Below, in pieces: positions 17,990-26,619 of a stretch of 62,786 bases of DNA (position 1 is its first letter; each line of letters opens with the position of its first letter). The notes below the pieces were generated by a model. It ran no database searches. It saw only the letters and a program-made list of their open reading frames with translations, and had not been told where the DNA came from. The DNA is taken from positions 1-62,786 of the IMG/VR virus record IMGVR_UViG_3300036975_000025, one strand, 5' to 3'. This DNA comes from a virus. Made by a program: the position numbers and the translations under genes.

Positions 17990-18028
17990 CTCTTACTCCT
18001 TTACCGGGAACCCCGGCTATTTTTGGCC

Positions 18029-18430
18029 TCACCCACCAGAGGCGGGAGTCCTGTTCTTCTCAAAGGAACCCTGCCTTGACCAATTTTCCCGCCTAAGTGC
18101 TCGATAAAACTCTATCCTGCTCTTCAGTTCTTTGATTCGGGCATGGTGTCGCATCACAAGGTCAGTCGCTGGAGGAGATCCCGATTCCCAATATCGCTTC
18201 CGGTTCAACCGAGTAATCACCTGCTCTCGAATTCGTTTCGCTTCCGTTGCTGGCCGAATACGTTCGGGAGGAACGACCTTCCGGTCTTTTGTGGCATAAA
18301 AATAACCGTTGTCCAGCAAGATAAACGGCTGATCTGCACGAATACCCTCCCCAGATTTTGCAATATCTCCCTTCGCAAAACAAGTGGATGCAAAGAAAAT
18401 CACAACAATCATTAAAAAGCAGGGTTTCAT
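18029..18430 (-). CDS. Secreted protein (133 aa)
   Basis: TAATG-coupled start at MKPCFLMIVVIFFASTCFA/KGD, an internal Met of the track ORF. Confidence 0.55.
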   Translation of the reverse strand: MKPCFLMIVVIFFASTCFAKGDIAKSGEGIRADQPFILLDNGYFYATKDRKVVPPERIRPATEAKRIREQVITRLNRKRYWESGSPPATDLVMRHHARIKELKSRIEFYRALRRENWSRQGSFEKNRTPASGG

Positions 18431-19737
18431 TATGGACACCGCCATGTTGCGCGAACGATTCTTAGTGTCGTTGCCCCAAGATAATATCGCGGATAATACT
18501 CGCTTGCCGATACATAAAACCGTGAAGGAGTGTGGGCACTGCAACCATAAATGCAGTTCCCGTCTGCAACCAAGTTATAAGGATCATCATCTAATAGTTC
18601 ATCGGCGTATGTATCCGCACCGCAAAGATGTAAATCTCCCGTTAAAGCCCGATACACCAAGTCATATTTGTAAGGGCCATCCACAACTTGGCCACAAGTG
18701 TAGTTTCCTATTAGCCCTTCTTCACAGTTTCCCCACACACAGGTAAAATATTCATTATAGACATCGGACCTCGGATCGGTCCACAGGCCGTCGGCACTTA
18801 AAATGTAGGCGATAGATTGTTCCCCGCACCAATCGGTAACGGTTACCGTGGCGGTCCCACATGCAGTATTGTCAGCATAAAGATAGACTTTCTCAGACAG
18901 CTCCATCGTAATAGCCGTCGTAGGTCCTGTGTCGGAATAGAAATGAAACCCGGTCCCCGATACTGACCATGTAAAGGGTGGACACGGGAACACGTCCAAA
19001 TCTGCACCAACATACAACCAAATATTACCCGGATCTGATATAGTAAGTGATTCGGCATATATCTGAGGCTCTGCCCCAACACATTTACATCCACAATCAA
19101 TGATCCACGTCGAACAACATTCGTATGCCGGGTAGCTTTTAGCTCCTGCAACGGGAATCGCGTTATAGCAAAGGTCGAAAACCTGCCCATCGACTGCGTT
19201 ATCATCTATGCAAAAGACGATTTCATCATGGTTATAGTATTCGATGTGCCCCGCACCGCTAATATCTGTAACGCTGTTGATAATGTCACCGGAAGGAATC
19301 CCGACATCCCATGAATAACACTCCCCGCACTCGACAATGCCCCCACCTCCGGGGCACACCCTGAAGGCACCTCCGGGAATGTCCCACCAGCTTCCAGTAT
19401 GTGGGTCTTCCGGGTCCGGGTATTCCGCATAGTCCCAATCATCATCGTCCCACGGACTATCGTCAAAGGGCGGCCATACCGTGTTCTCCATGTCCAGGAG
19501 ATCATCAGGAAGGGGATCGCCAGGGAAAGCATTCAGGCCCGTCCATTTATCCTCTGACGCTTTTCTGGAAGGGTTTTCTACGCGGCTCCCTTCAATGTCC
19601 CGCTCCTGTACCTGATTTGCCCAATCGTGAAGATCGGACATCTCTTCTTCGGCGCCGGGGAGCTTCCATCCCACGGCACAGAGAAAAATCAGGATTATGG
19701 CAAGCCATTTAGTGACTATAGGATAAATAACTCTCAT
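18430..19737 (-). CDS. Membrane-anchored/secreted Cys-rich late protein (435 aa)
   Basis: N-terminal hydrophobic segment WLAIILIFLCAVGW; an acidic W/D-rich linker; about 20 cysteines including ECGEC and ECC..DCGCKC. Confidence 0.6.
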   Translation of the reverse strand: MRVIYPIVTKWLAIILIFLCAVGWKLPGAEEEMSDLHDWANQVQERDIEGSRVENPSRKASEDKWTGLNAFPGDPLPDDLLDMENTVWPPFDDSPWDDDDWDYAEYPDPEDPHTGSWWDIPGGAFRVCPGGGGIVECGECYSWDVGIPSGDIINSVTDISGAGHIEYYNHDEIVFCIDDNAVDGQVFDLCYNAIPVAGAKSYPAYECCSTWIIDCGCKCVGAEPQIYAESLTISDPGNIWLYVGADLDVFPCPPFTWSVSGTGFHFYSDTGPTTAITMELSEKVYLYADNTACGTATVTVTDWCGEQSIAYILSADGLWTDPRSDVYNEYFTCVWGNCEEGLIGNYTCGQVVDGPYKYDLVYRALTGDLHLCGADTYADELLDDDPYNLVADGNCIYGCSAHTPSRFYVSASEYYPRYYLGATTLRIVRATWRCP

Positions 19738-20182
19738 ACAAGACCTTTATGGCGTCCACCATATCAGGATAATTTGCATAAATGCTTTCCTTTACATCAC
19801 CGTCGTTGAATTGAATTGAGGCGTAAGTCTCCCAATCGCCAAACCTATCAACGTCTACATAAAAACGTATTTTTTCTCCAGAAGACTTCAGAAGCTTAAA
19901 TTCTGGAGTTGGCCTAACGTCCGCATTGAAAACACTCCACATAGCATAAGCAAGTTGCCAAGCCCCATCCTCAGACGTGGCCTTATTTGTCAATACACCA
20001 AAATTAAAATTATCATACATACAATGAAATGCGACGCTATGCGCAACATCATTTTCCCAATGCGAGAGTGTAATATTGCTAATGTTCGGAATTGATTCTA
20101 CTTTATCTCTTGGATCAGTAGCAAAAGCAATACCGTAAAACAGAAAAACAATACAAAAAACTATGAATGAAATTTTCTTCAT
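19709..20182 (-). CDS. Secreted protein (157 aa)
   Basis: AGGGAGA RBS; signal peptide MKKISFIVFCIVFLFYGIAFA/TDP. Confidence 0.6.
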   Translation of the reverse strand: MKKISFIVFCIVFLFYGIAFATDPRDKVESIPNISNITLSHWENDVAHSVAFHCMYDNFNFGVLTNKATSEDGAWQLAYAMWSVFNADVRPTPEFKLLKSSGEKIRFYVDVDRFGDWETYASIQFNDGDVKESIYANYPDMVDAIKVLYESYLSYSH

Positions 20183-20197
20183 TGTATTCTCCCTTTA

Positions 20198-22807
20198 TTA
20201 TGGCTGTGTATCGCGAATATCATAGAAGTCGCATGTGAACCCGTAGATTTCCATAAGAGCGCCTTCATCCCCGCTTTGGTGTCCTGCACGAAACCGAAGG
20301 GCGAAGGATTCCGCGGCCTCAGAGCAGTTGATCCTGCCCTTTGTATAGTCGTACCCGGATCGCACAAGACTAATCGTGTTCCCGCCTGTCGGTGTTGTCC
20401 CGCTCTCAGAGCCTTCAGGGTAGATAAGGGCTTCCATATCCCCCGCGGTGTCCGTCTTGGTCTTGGTTTTGATTGCCCGGAGCATAGTTGATCGGTTCAA
20501 GGCGTCTGGAGAATCCCCGAGGAAGAAATCGGGGGTTTTCACATAATGCTCGATCCGGGTTCCATAGTCGGTATCTCCGTTGTTGATTCTCCAAACATAT
20601 CCCGAAGTGTCTCCAAGGTAGGTCAAGCGCTGATTGTCATTCCCGACAAGGCTGGTCCCGCAACTCATATCGGATGAAAATTCCCACCGGTCCCACCATT
20701 CGTCGTTTACATACGAGTAGGGCAAAACGTAGTTACAGGTGGTCTGTGTCGTATTGCTGTTCTCGACGTTCAGCGGCACCCCGAAAAGGACCGTTCTTGT
20801 CCGGTAGTCCACTACGGCCCAGGACTTGTGCATGTACTCCGGTTCGATGTAAGGGGTAGACCCGGTGTCGAAGTAATCCGCAATCGGCTGAGAGATAGAG
20901 AGAGGCTTCCTGCCGTCCGTCATGTAGAAGCCATCAGGAGCCAAGAGAACGACGGCGTTGACAATGATGTTGCTCGAGAAGAGCTTGACCGCATCCTCAA
21001 TCGTCACCAAAGTATGCGGAGCGATAGCTCCTACGTTGGAAGAGAGAAGCAGTTCATCAAACGACCCGGGAGACTTCCCCTGCATGAGATACAGTCTGAG
21101 AGGGTCGTCCGTACTCACCACTACATAGGAAGAGATCCTTGCCGCCGCATTGACAATACCAGGACCGAAAATATCCCCCGTAGATCCCGCTTTTGGCCCG
21201 TTCCACACAAAGGGGTCGCCTTCTTGGGCGTAGTCCATCCCGTGCTTGAAGACATTTCCCGGCCATGCAAACACCCGCCCTGCGTGTTCGATGAACCCGT
21301 CATAGTGAACCATGGGAGGGACGGATTCAGGCTTTTGGGCCACGGCAATCTCATACAACCGGATCTCGTCTGCAAACGCCTCGCTCCACTCGATCTTGTA
21401 ATAATAGATGGGGGCAATATCGGTCCCGGACGTTCCCCCGAGTCGCATCTTATCCTCTCGGAAGGTGGACCCGTCCCACTGAACCACCCCGTTGTGGTGC
21501 ATGGAATAGGAGTCTTCAGAGGATGTGGAATCGTTCGTGGCCCCGGAAACCTCCGTCCATGTGCGCGTGTCCCCATTCCAATAGGAAATCTCGCTCACCG
21601 ACGAATCAGTACTGAGGTTCACATATCCAGGGTCGATGTAAAAATAGGCCGCGAAAATCGGATACGGGCTTCCAATGTAAAGGGTGTCCTGCCCGTTCAG
21701 GTCAATGTAATTGTAGGCCGTCCCATCCGTGACCTCTCCAGTATAGTCGATGAACCCCGTAGCTGAAGAGAGAAGGACAGAGGCCACATTCTCGTAGTAC
21801 CCCGACCACAGGTTCGTCATAGACTGGCAATCGGCGTTGACCCTCAGCCGCTTGATTTCAATGCCATCCGTGACATCGGCGGTCACACCCGCCTTGTACC
21901 AGAAGAGGTGTTCCTGATTTTCAGGAAGAAGGTACGGATCATCGTCGGAATCGAACGTCCACGTCACATGCCCTTCGGATTCATAAAGGGTCGTGACACC
22001 CGTGGAGTCTGCCGTTCCATCGTTCAACCCGGATACGTTGACCCATGATCCATCCTGGTAGGCTTGAACGTAGAACCCTGCCGCCTCGATATTCGTGGTA
22101 CTGGATAGTTCAATGTAGAACCCGTCCAGCTTGATCGGGGAACCGATATAGGCCGTTTCCCCCGAATCCTCAACGAACAGGACGTAGGTATCATCCCTAT
22201 CGTCCGATACGTCGTCCGTGCCGTCTACATAGGAGGAAACTCCCGCCTCATGGGAAACAAGGAAAAATCGAGGGTATTCTGTACCGCCTGACCAAATAAA
22301 AGGGGTTGTGCCAGAAGCCGCACCGACCCAATAGTCGTTGACGGCATCCGCGAACATTGCTTCGGTGCCAGATGTAAGGGTATAAATCGACGAGCCGAAA
22401 GAACCTTCGGCTGTACCGGGAGGGTCTTCGTCGGCAAGATAAAGGGCATCATAGCATTGAGCAATGAAGCTGTCGGTGTCGTGAATGGGGTTCGTATATT
22501 GAGAAAGGGCATCAATCGGGCCTGCCCCTTGATTGATAGCCGAACTGTTATGCTTGGTGGAACCGCTTCTTCCTTTCCATCCCAGGGAAACGGAAGGCGC
22601 AGGGCGTTGGACGTTGAACGCATCCCGTACCGCACCGGGCTCCTGTCCGACCCAGGGGATCGTTCGATCCAACTTACCGGAAAAGACATACGACTTGCGT
22701 TGCCAATTCTCTTGGGGAATGCCCTCGTTGGCTCCTTGGGCATACTGCGCTACCCCAAGAGCGCCGAGAAGAAGAAAGCAAACAAATATGATGCCTTTAC
22801 GGATCAT
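20198..22807 (-). CDS. Large late structural-type protein (869 aa) with N-terminal signal-like segment
   Basis: ATGA-coupled start MIRKGIIFVCFLLLGALGVAQYAQG. Size, beta-rich composition and position downstream of adaptor-like genes suggest a tail/nozzle or receptor-binding role. Confidence 0.6.
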   Translation of the reverse strand: MIRKGIIFVCFLLLGALGVAQYAQGANEGIPQENWQRKSYVFSGKLDRTIPWVGQEPGAVRDAFNVQRPAPSVSLGWKGRSGSTKHNSSAINQGAGPIDALSQYTNPIHDTDSFIAQCYDALYLADEDPPGTAEGSFGSSIYTLTSGTEAMFADAVNDYWVGAASGTTPFIWSGGTEYPRFFLVSHEAGVSSYVDGTDDVSDDRDDTYVLFVEDSGETAYIGSPIKLDGFYIELSSTTNIEAAGFYVQAYQDGSWVNVSGLNDGTADSTGVTTLYESEGHVTWTFDSDDDPYLLPENQEHLFWYKAGVTADVTDGIEIKRLRVNADCQSMTNLWSGYYENVASVLLSSATGFIDYTGEVTDGTAYNYIDLNGQDTLYIGSPYPIFAAYFYIDPGYVNLSTDSSVSEISYWNGDTRTWTEVSGATNDSTSSEDSYSMHHNGVVQWDGSTFREDKMRLGGTSGTDIAPIYYYKIEWSEAFADEIRLYEIAVAQKPESVPPMVHYDGFIEHAGRVFAWPGNVFKHGMDYAQEGDPFVWNGPKAGSTGDIFGPGIVNAAARISSYVVVSTDDPLRLYLMQGKSPGSFDELLLSSNVGAIAPHTLVTIEDAVKLFSSNIIVNAVVLLAPDGFYMTDGRKPLSISQPIADYFDTGSTPYIEPEYMHKSWAVVDYRTRTVLFGVPLNVENSNTTQTTCNYVLPYSYVNDEWWDRWEFSSDMSCGTSLVGNDNQRLTYLGDTSGYVWRINNGDTDYGTRIEHYVKTPDFFLGDSPDALNRSTMLRAIKTKTKTDTAGDMEALIYPEGSESGTTPTGGNTISLVRSGYDYTKGRINCSEAAESFALRFRAGHQSGDEGALMEIYGFTCDFYDIRDTQP

Positions 22808-23505
22808 TCAGTCTCTTTCCCGATATTCAGGTCTTTCCGATACCGCGCGATTTCCGCTTCGTACCGGCCCATGAAGTAGTCCCCGAACCCGAATTGACGG
22901 TCCCGATACCAGGCTTGGGCCGTGATGTAGTAGGTTAGGGCCTTGTCGTAGATCGCAGGAGTAGGAATAGCCTGGTCGATTGTGACCCCGGATGGCACCG
23001 CAACCAGGTAGGTGGTCACGCGATACCCGGAAACACTACTCGTCGGCGCCGGCCAGATGGCAATTTCCCCGGCAAACTCATCCCAATAGACCGGCTCCCC
23101 CACGTCCTCGGGCATTCCCAATCCTTTGCCGTCCTCCCCTCCGTCGAAAAGATCCCATTCCTCAAGAGGCTTGTTGTAGGTCGTACTCCCGCCGTTGTAG
23201 ATCGCCCCTTTAATGGTCATGAAGTGAGTAGAGAGGTCGTATTGGGTAACGCCGCTCAAGAGCGTGATGGTCTCTGTCGTCTGATAGCAGTGGGAGAGGG
23301 CAACGAGGTCCTTCATCCCATCGTTCAGGAATTGAAGGAGCTGTTGATCCGTGCACAGGTCGTTCCCGGCATCGTTCAGATACACTTGAGCATCGTCCAC
23401 CAGGGTTTGCGCGGTCACGCCCGAAGTCGTTTGGTCCCCGGCCCACACGGGAAATGCCGCCAGGACAAGGATCAGGCTGAAAAGAAGGTATTTACGCATA
23501 CGCAT
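22804..23505 (-). CDS. Adaptor/connector-like late protein with signal peptide (233 aa)
   Basis: Start MRMRKYLLFSLILVLAAFPVWA/GD. The body (LLQFLNDGMKDLV...PVYWDEFAGEIAIWPAP...ALTYYITAQAW) resembles head-tail adaptor families. Confidence 0.45.
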   Translation of the reverse strand: MRMRKYLLFSLILVLAAFPVWAGDQTTSGVTAQTLVDDAQVYLNDAGNDLCTDQQLLQFLNDGMKDLVALSHCYQTTETITLLSGVTQYDLSTHFMTIKGAIYNGGSTTYNKPLEEWDLFDGGEDGKGLGMPEDVGEPVYWDEFAGEIAIWPAPTSSVSGYRVTTYLVAVPSGVTIDQAIPTPAIYDKALTYYITAQAWYRDRQFGFGDYFMGRYEAEIARYRKDLNIGKETE

Positions 23506-24340
23506 CCCAATCCATCTCCTCGGGAATATGATCGGGTTCCGAGCTCTGCTTGTACGTCTGGTCAATGTCGTTCTTCACCAGCTTCCACATCTCTTGATGG
23601 AAGTTTTTCGAGGACACTAAATCGTCGTATTGCTTATGCTCAGGAGCCGGAATCTTGATGTGCATGAGAACGGGCAGGGAAACCAACCCCTCATGGTAGT
23701 TGTCGGGAACGTCCGTAATGGCAGAGGGGTTCTTCACATAATCCACAAGGATGTCGTTGGTGAAATTCGGATCATCCACCACGATGTAGCTTCCCCGCGG
23801 ATACCACTTGGTTTCGTCGTTATTGGTCGCTTCGGAGAGGTTGATTTTGGTGATGGGGTCCGGATCTCGGGGTTCTTCGTAGAACTTCCCGCCAGAAGTG
23901 TAGGTGTTCGTGAACGTAGATCCGTTCAGAGTGAAGTTGTCGTCATCGACCTCGGTGATCTTCCAGGAGCCGTTGGCTTCCGTACATCCCTCAACACTAT
24001 GGCCGAACACAATGTCATCGTCTACAAATCCATGATCGGTGATCGTGACTTGAATGCCCCCAGAACCGTCATCGGCAACGGCGGTCACGGTCCCGGCTGT
24101 ACCCCCTAGATCCCACACCCTCAGAATACTCAAGCAGTCTGAAGGCATGGAAAAGACGTGAGTCGTGGAGGCAATGGAGACACGGGTATTATAAAAGGAG
24201 GGGTCGCGGGTCTTGATTCGGTTCCCTAGCACTTTAACCGCGCGAAGACACAGCTTTTCGATCTCGCTGTCTGAGATGGAAACCGCCTTCGGTTCCCGTA
24301 GACCCCTCCTGATCGCAGTGGTAATTTGAGACTGTTCCAT
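23492..24340 (-). CDS. Head-tail adaptor-like protein (282 aa)
   Basis: GAAGGG RBS; no signal peptide; the N-terminal pattern AIRRGL...SDSEIEKLCLRAVKVLGNRI is typical of connector/adaptor proteins; lies downstream of the head genes. Confidence 0.4.
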   Translation of the reverse strand: MEQSQITTAIRRGLREPKAVSISDSEIEKLCLRAVKVLGNRIKTRDPSFYNTRVSIASTTHVFSMPSDCLSILRVWDLGGTAGTVTAVADDGSGGIQVTITDHGFVDDDIVFGHSVEGCTEANGSWKITEVDDDNFTLNGSTFTNTYTSGGKFYEEPRDPDPITKINLSEATNNDETKWYPRGSYIVVDDPNFTNDILVDYVKNPSAITDVPDNYHEGLVSLPVLMHIKIPAPEHKQYDDLVSSKNFHQEMWKLVKNDIDQTYKQSSEPDHIPEEMDWDAYA

Positions 24341-24352
24341 GTGGAACCCTTC

Positions 24353-25090
24353 TTAGTGGTTGATCTCGAAGATGCCCTGGATGCTTGCGCCGGAGTTGTA
24401 ACAAGCCTTCCCAACGTAAGCGTCCCCAAGCCGGTTGACATAGTAGACCGATCCACCGGTGGTCACATCCCAGCCAGTGGGTTCATAAATGCTTTGGACA
24501 GTCTGACCAGGGGTGTAGTAAGAGGTAGCTGCAGCGGCTCCGGCGAATTCGGCATACGGCACCACTTGAACGTAGGTCAGCCCTGAATGGCTGTCCGAAT
24601 AGTTTGTCGAGCCGCTCGGGTATCCCCACATAATTCCAAAGGTCTTCCCATCGTTGGCAGCCGTGACCTTGGGTGCGATGGCCGTAACCGCCGAAAACAC
24701 TGTACCCGCCTCGTTAAAAACCAAGTTGCTGAGGCTCATCACGTCCACGACATAGAAATACCCCCAATCCAGCCAGAACACGCTCTGACCGCTCGTTGCG
24801 GCCTGAGAGGTCAACGTGGAAAGGTCATCCTCGTCAATCACGACAACCGTCACGCCTGCAATCGGATTGAAGGTAGCCAGGTTATCCACATACGCCTTCA
24901 CGCTCTGCTGGCTTGCGACCCCATAGGCAGAATCACTCGCCATGTCGTCTTCATCGAAGTAATCCGCATACGGATAGCCCCCGAGATTCTTCCCGTTGAT
25001 CGAGATGGTGGTCTCTTCCCGAGCCATGGAAGGACCCTGCATGAAGGCAAAAACCAGGATAAGCGCAAGGAAGAAAGTAAACTTCCTCAT
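24353..25090 (-). CDS. Secreted late protein (245 aa)
   Basis: AAAGGAG RBS; signal peptide MRKFTFFLALILVFAFMQGPSMA/RE. Confidence 0.6.
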   Translation of the reverse strand: MRKFTFFLALILVFAFMQGPSMAREETTISINGKNLGGYPYADYFDEDDMASDSAYGVASQQSVKAYVDNLATFNPIAGVTVVVIDEDDLSTLTSQAATSGQSVFWLDWGYFYVVDVMSLSNLVFNEAGTVFSAVTAIAPKVTAANDGKTFGIMWGYPSGSTNYSDSHSGLTYVQVVPYAEFAGAAAATSYYTPGQTVQSIYEPTGWDVTTGGSVYYVNRLGDAYVGKACYNSGASIQGIFEINH

Positions 25091-25108
25091 GATATGCTCC
25101 TTTCAAGA

Positions 25109-25126
25109 GGGGCCCCGAAGGGCCCC
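25109..25126 (-). promoter_or_regulatory. GC hairpin (7 bp, tetraloop) after the capsid/decoration genes
   Basis: The plus strand reads GGGGCCC-CGAA-GGGCCCC. No U-tract follows, so it is more likely an mRNA stabiliser/attenuator than a full terminator. Confidence 0.35.
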
Positions 25127-25131
25127 GCTAG

Positions 25132-25863
25132 TTAGTCAAGGGTCAGGAAAATCGGCTTGTACTCCGTAGAAACACCTGCCGTCCCCACAATGAAGCCGAT
25201 GGACATGGCTTCCGTGGCGTCCGAGTCAATGGTGTTCACGGCGCCGGCGCTGTCCGCCGACTGCTCCACGTTGTTCCCTGTCCCCGTGGTCTCATAGGTG
25301 TACACACAGGCCATCCCGCCGGTCTGGGACCAGTAGTAGTAATTGGCCGTAACCGCGATCAGCGGCACGCCTGCAGGGGGATAGACCGTGGTGGATTCCT
25401 GAGTGCCGTAAAACTGGCTGGTAATCAGGGACACCTCAGAGGTTGCCGTGAGAGCCACCTTGATTCCCACCGCCAGGGCCACTGCCACACTGGTAGCCGT
25501 GGCCGAAGCCGCAGCGTTAGACTCAATGGGGTAAGAATGCCCCTCACCGGTCCCGTCATTGATCTGCAGGAACCCACCCCGAAGGGCGTTTTCGGCAATC
25601 GCCGTACCCGCTGAAATGGGCACGTCAATTACCTCGGTCCCCACAGCCACCGCAGAACCCATGGCCGTATTGACATGATTGGCGTTGATGTCCGCACCAA
25701 CGGAAAGCATCCCGGGATTCAGCGCCGTAGACCCGGCGTAGCAGTACCGGAACTTCCGTCCAAAATGGTCGATTCGCAGGGTTCCAATCAGCTCCTTGGG
25801 TGTGGAACTGATCTCATACAGCCCCTGCGAGAACCCTCGAAGTTTCGCGTCACCGATGCTCAT
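25132..25863 (-). CDS. Capsid-associated / head decoration-like protein (243 aa)
   Basis: GAAGGAGG RBS; immediately downstream of the capsid gene; Ala/Gly/Thr/Val-rich beta composition with a DUF2190-like feel (INDGTGEGHSYPI...). Confidence 0.4.
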   Translation of the reverse strand: MSIGDAKLRGFSQGLYEISSTPKELIGTLRIDHFGRKFRYCYAGSTALNPGMLSVGADINANHVNTAMGSAVAVGTEVIDVPISAGTAIAENALRGGFLQINDGTGEGHSYPIESNAAASATATSVAVALAVGIKVALTATSEVSLITSQFYGTQESTTVYPPAGVPLIAVTANYYYWSQTGGMACVYTYETTGTGNNVEQSADSAGAVNTIDSDATEAMSIGFIVGTAGVSTEYKPIFLTLD

Positions 25864-25891
25864 TTGAATTACCTCCTTCTCAAAGGGCTTA

Positions 25892-26619
25892 TTAAGTGGT
25901 CACGCCGGTCTTGGCCTTGTGGCCCTTCCGGTTGTTCACGACCAGGTTCCCGTCAAACAGGATCTTCATGGTCCGGTCGTTCGGAGAGCCGGGAATGACC
26001 ATCCACTTCGTTCGCATGAAGTAGCCCTTCTGGTGGACGGCGAAACCGACATGGTTGGTGTTGAGGGCCAGCAACGTACCGCTGGTGGTTCCGGTCGTCG
26101 GGGCATAGTCGTCGGGGAAGTAATCCGCCCCCTCGAACTCAACGCCCGTGAACCCCACCTTGGCGGTCCTCTCGGACTTCACAAACCGTTGCTGGGTCTG
26201 AAGAATGGAAAGGATCTCGTTGAACAGCCACTCAGGGCTTACCAGGAGATCCGGCTTACCCTTGGCCCCGTCCCTGATCTTCGCGTCGGTCCGAATGTCC
26301 CGAAGCATGTCCAGGGTGATGGAGCCAGCGCCCGTGTCCCGCTTTCCTTCCCACGGGTAGGTGCCGTCCGCAGCCATCAGGTCGCCTTCCTGAATCCCCC
26401 CGTACGCCGTGGTCGTGGTCTCATGGCAGCACGCCATAAGTCCCGTCAGACGCTCGGACAGGCCGGTAGGCTCATCGTAGATGGAGTTGGCAAGTACCTT
26501 GGTGAGGGATTTCTGGGCCCCGCCGACACGCTGCTCGACCAGTTGAACCTCTGCATAGTCGCCAGCGTTCTTCAGGGTGTCGATCCGGTAGATGGTCGCG
26601 TTGCCGTAAGCGTGCTTCC
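25892..26619 (-). CDS. Major capsid protein, exon 2
   Basis: The frame is open for 79 codons upstream of the first ATG (26437) with no ATG/GTG/TTG. It is in phase with exon 1. The joined product is 330 aa and lies after the scaffold gene. Confidence 0.7.
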
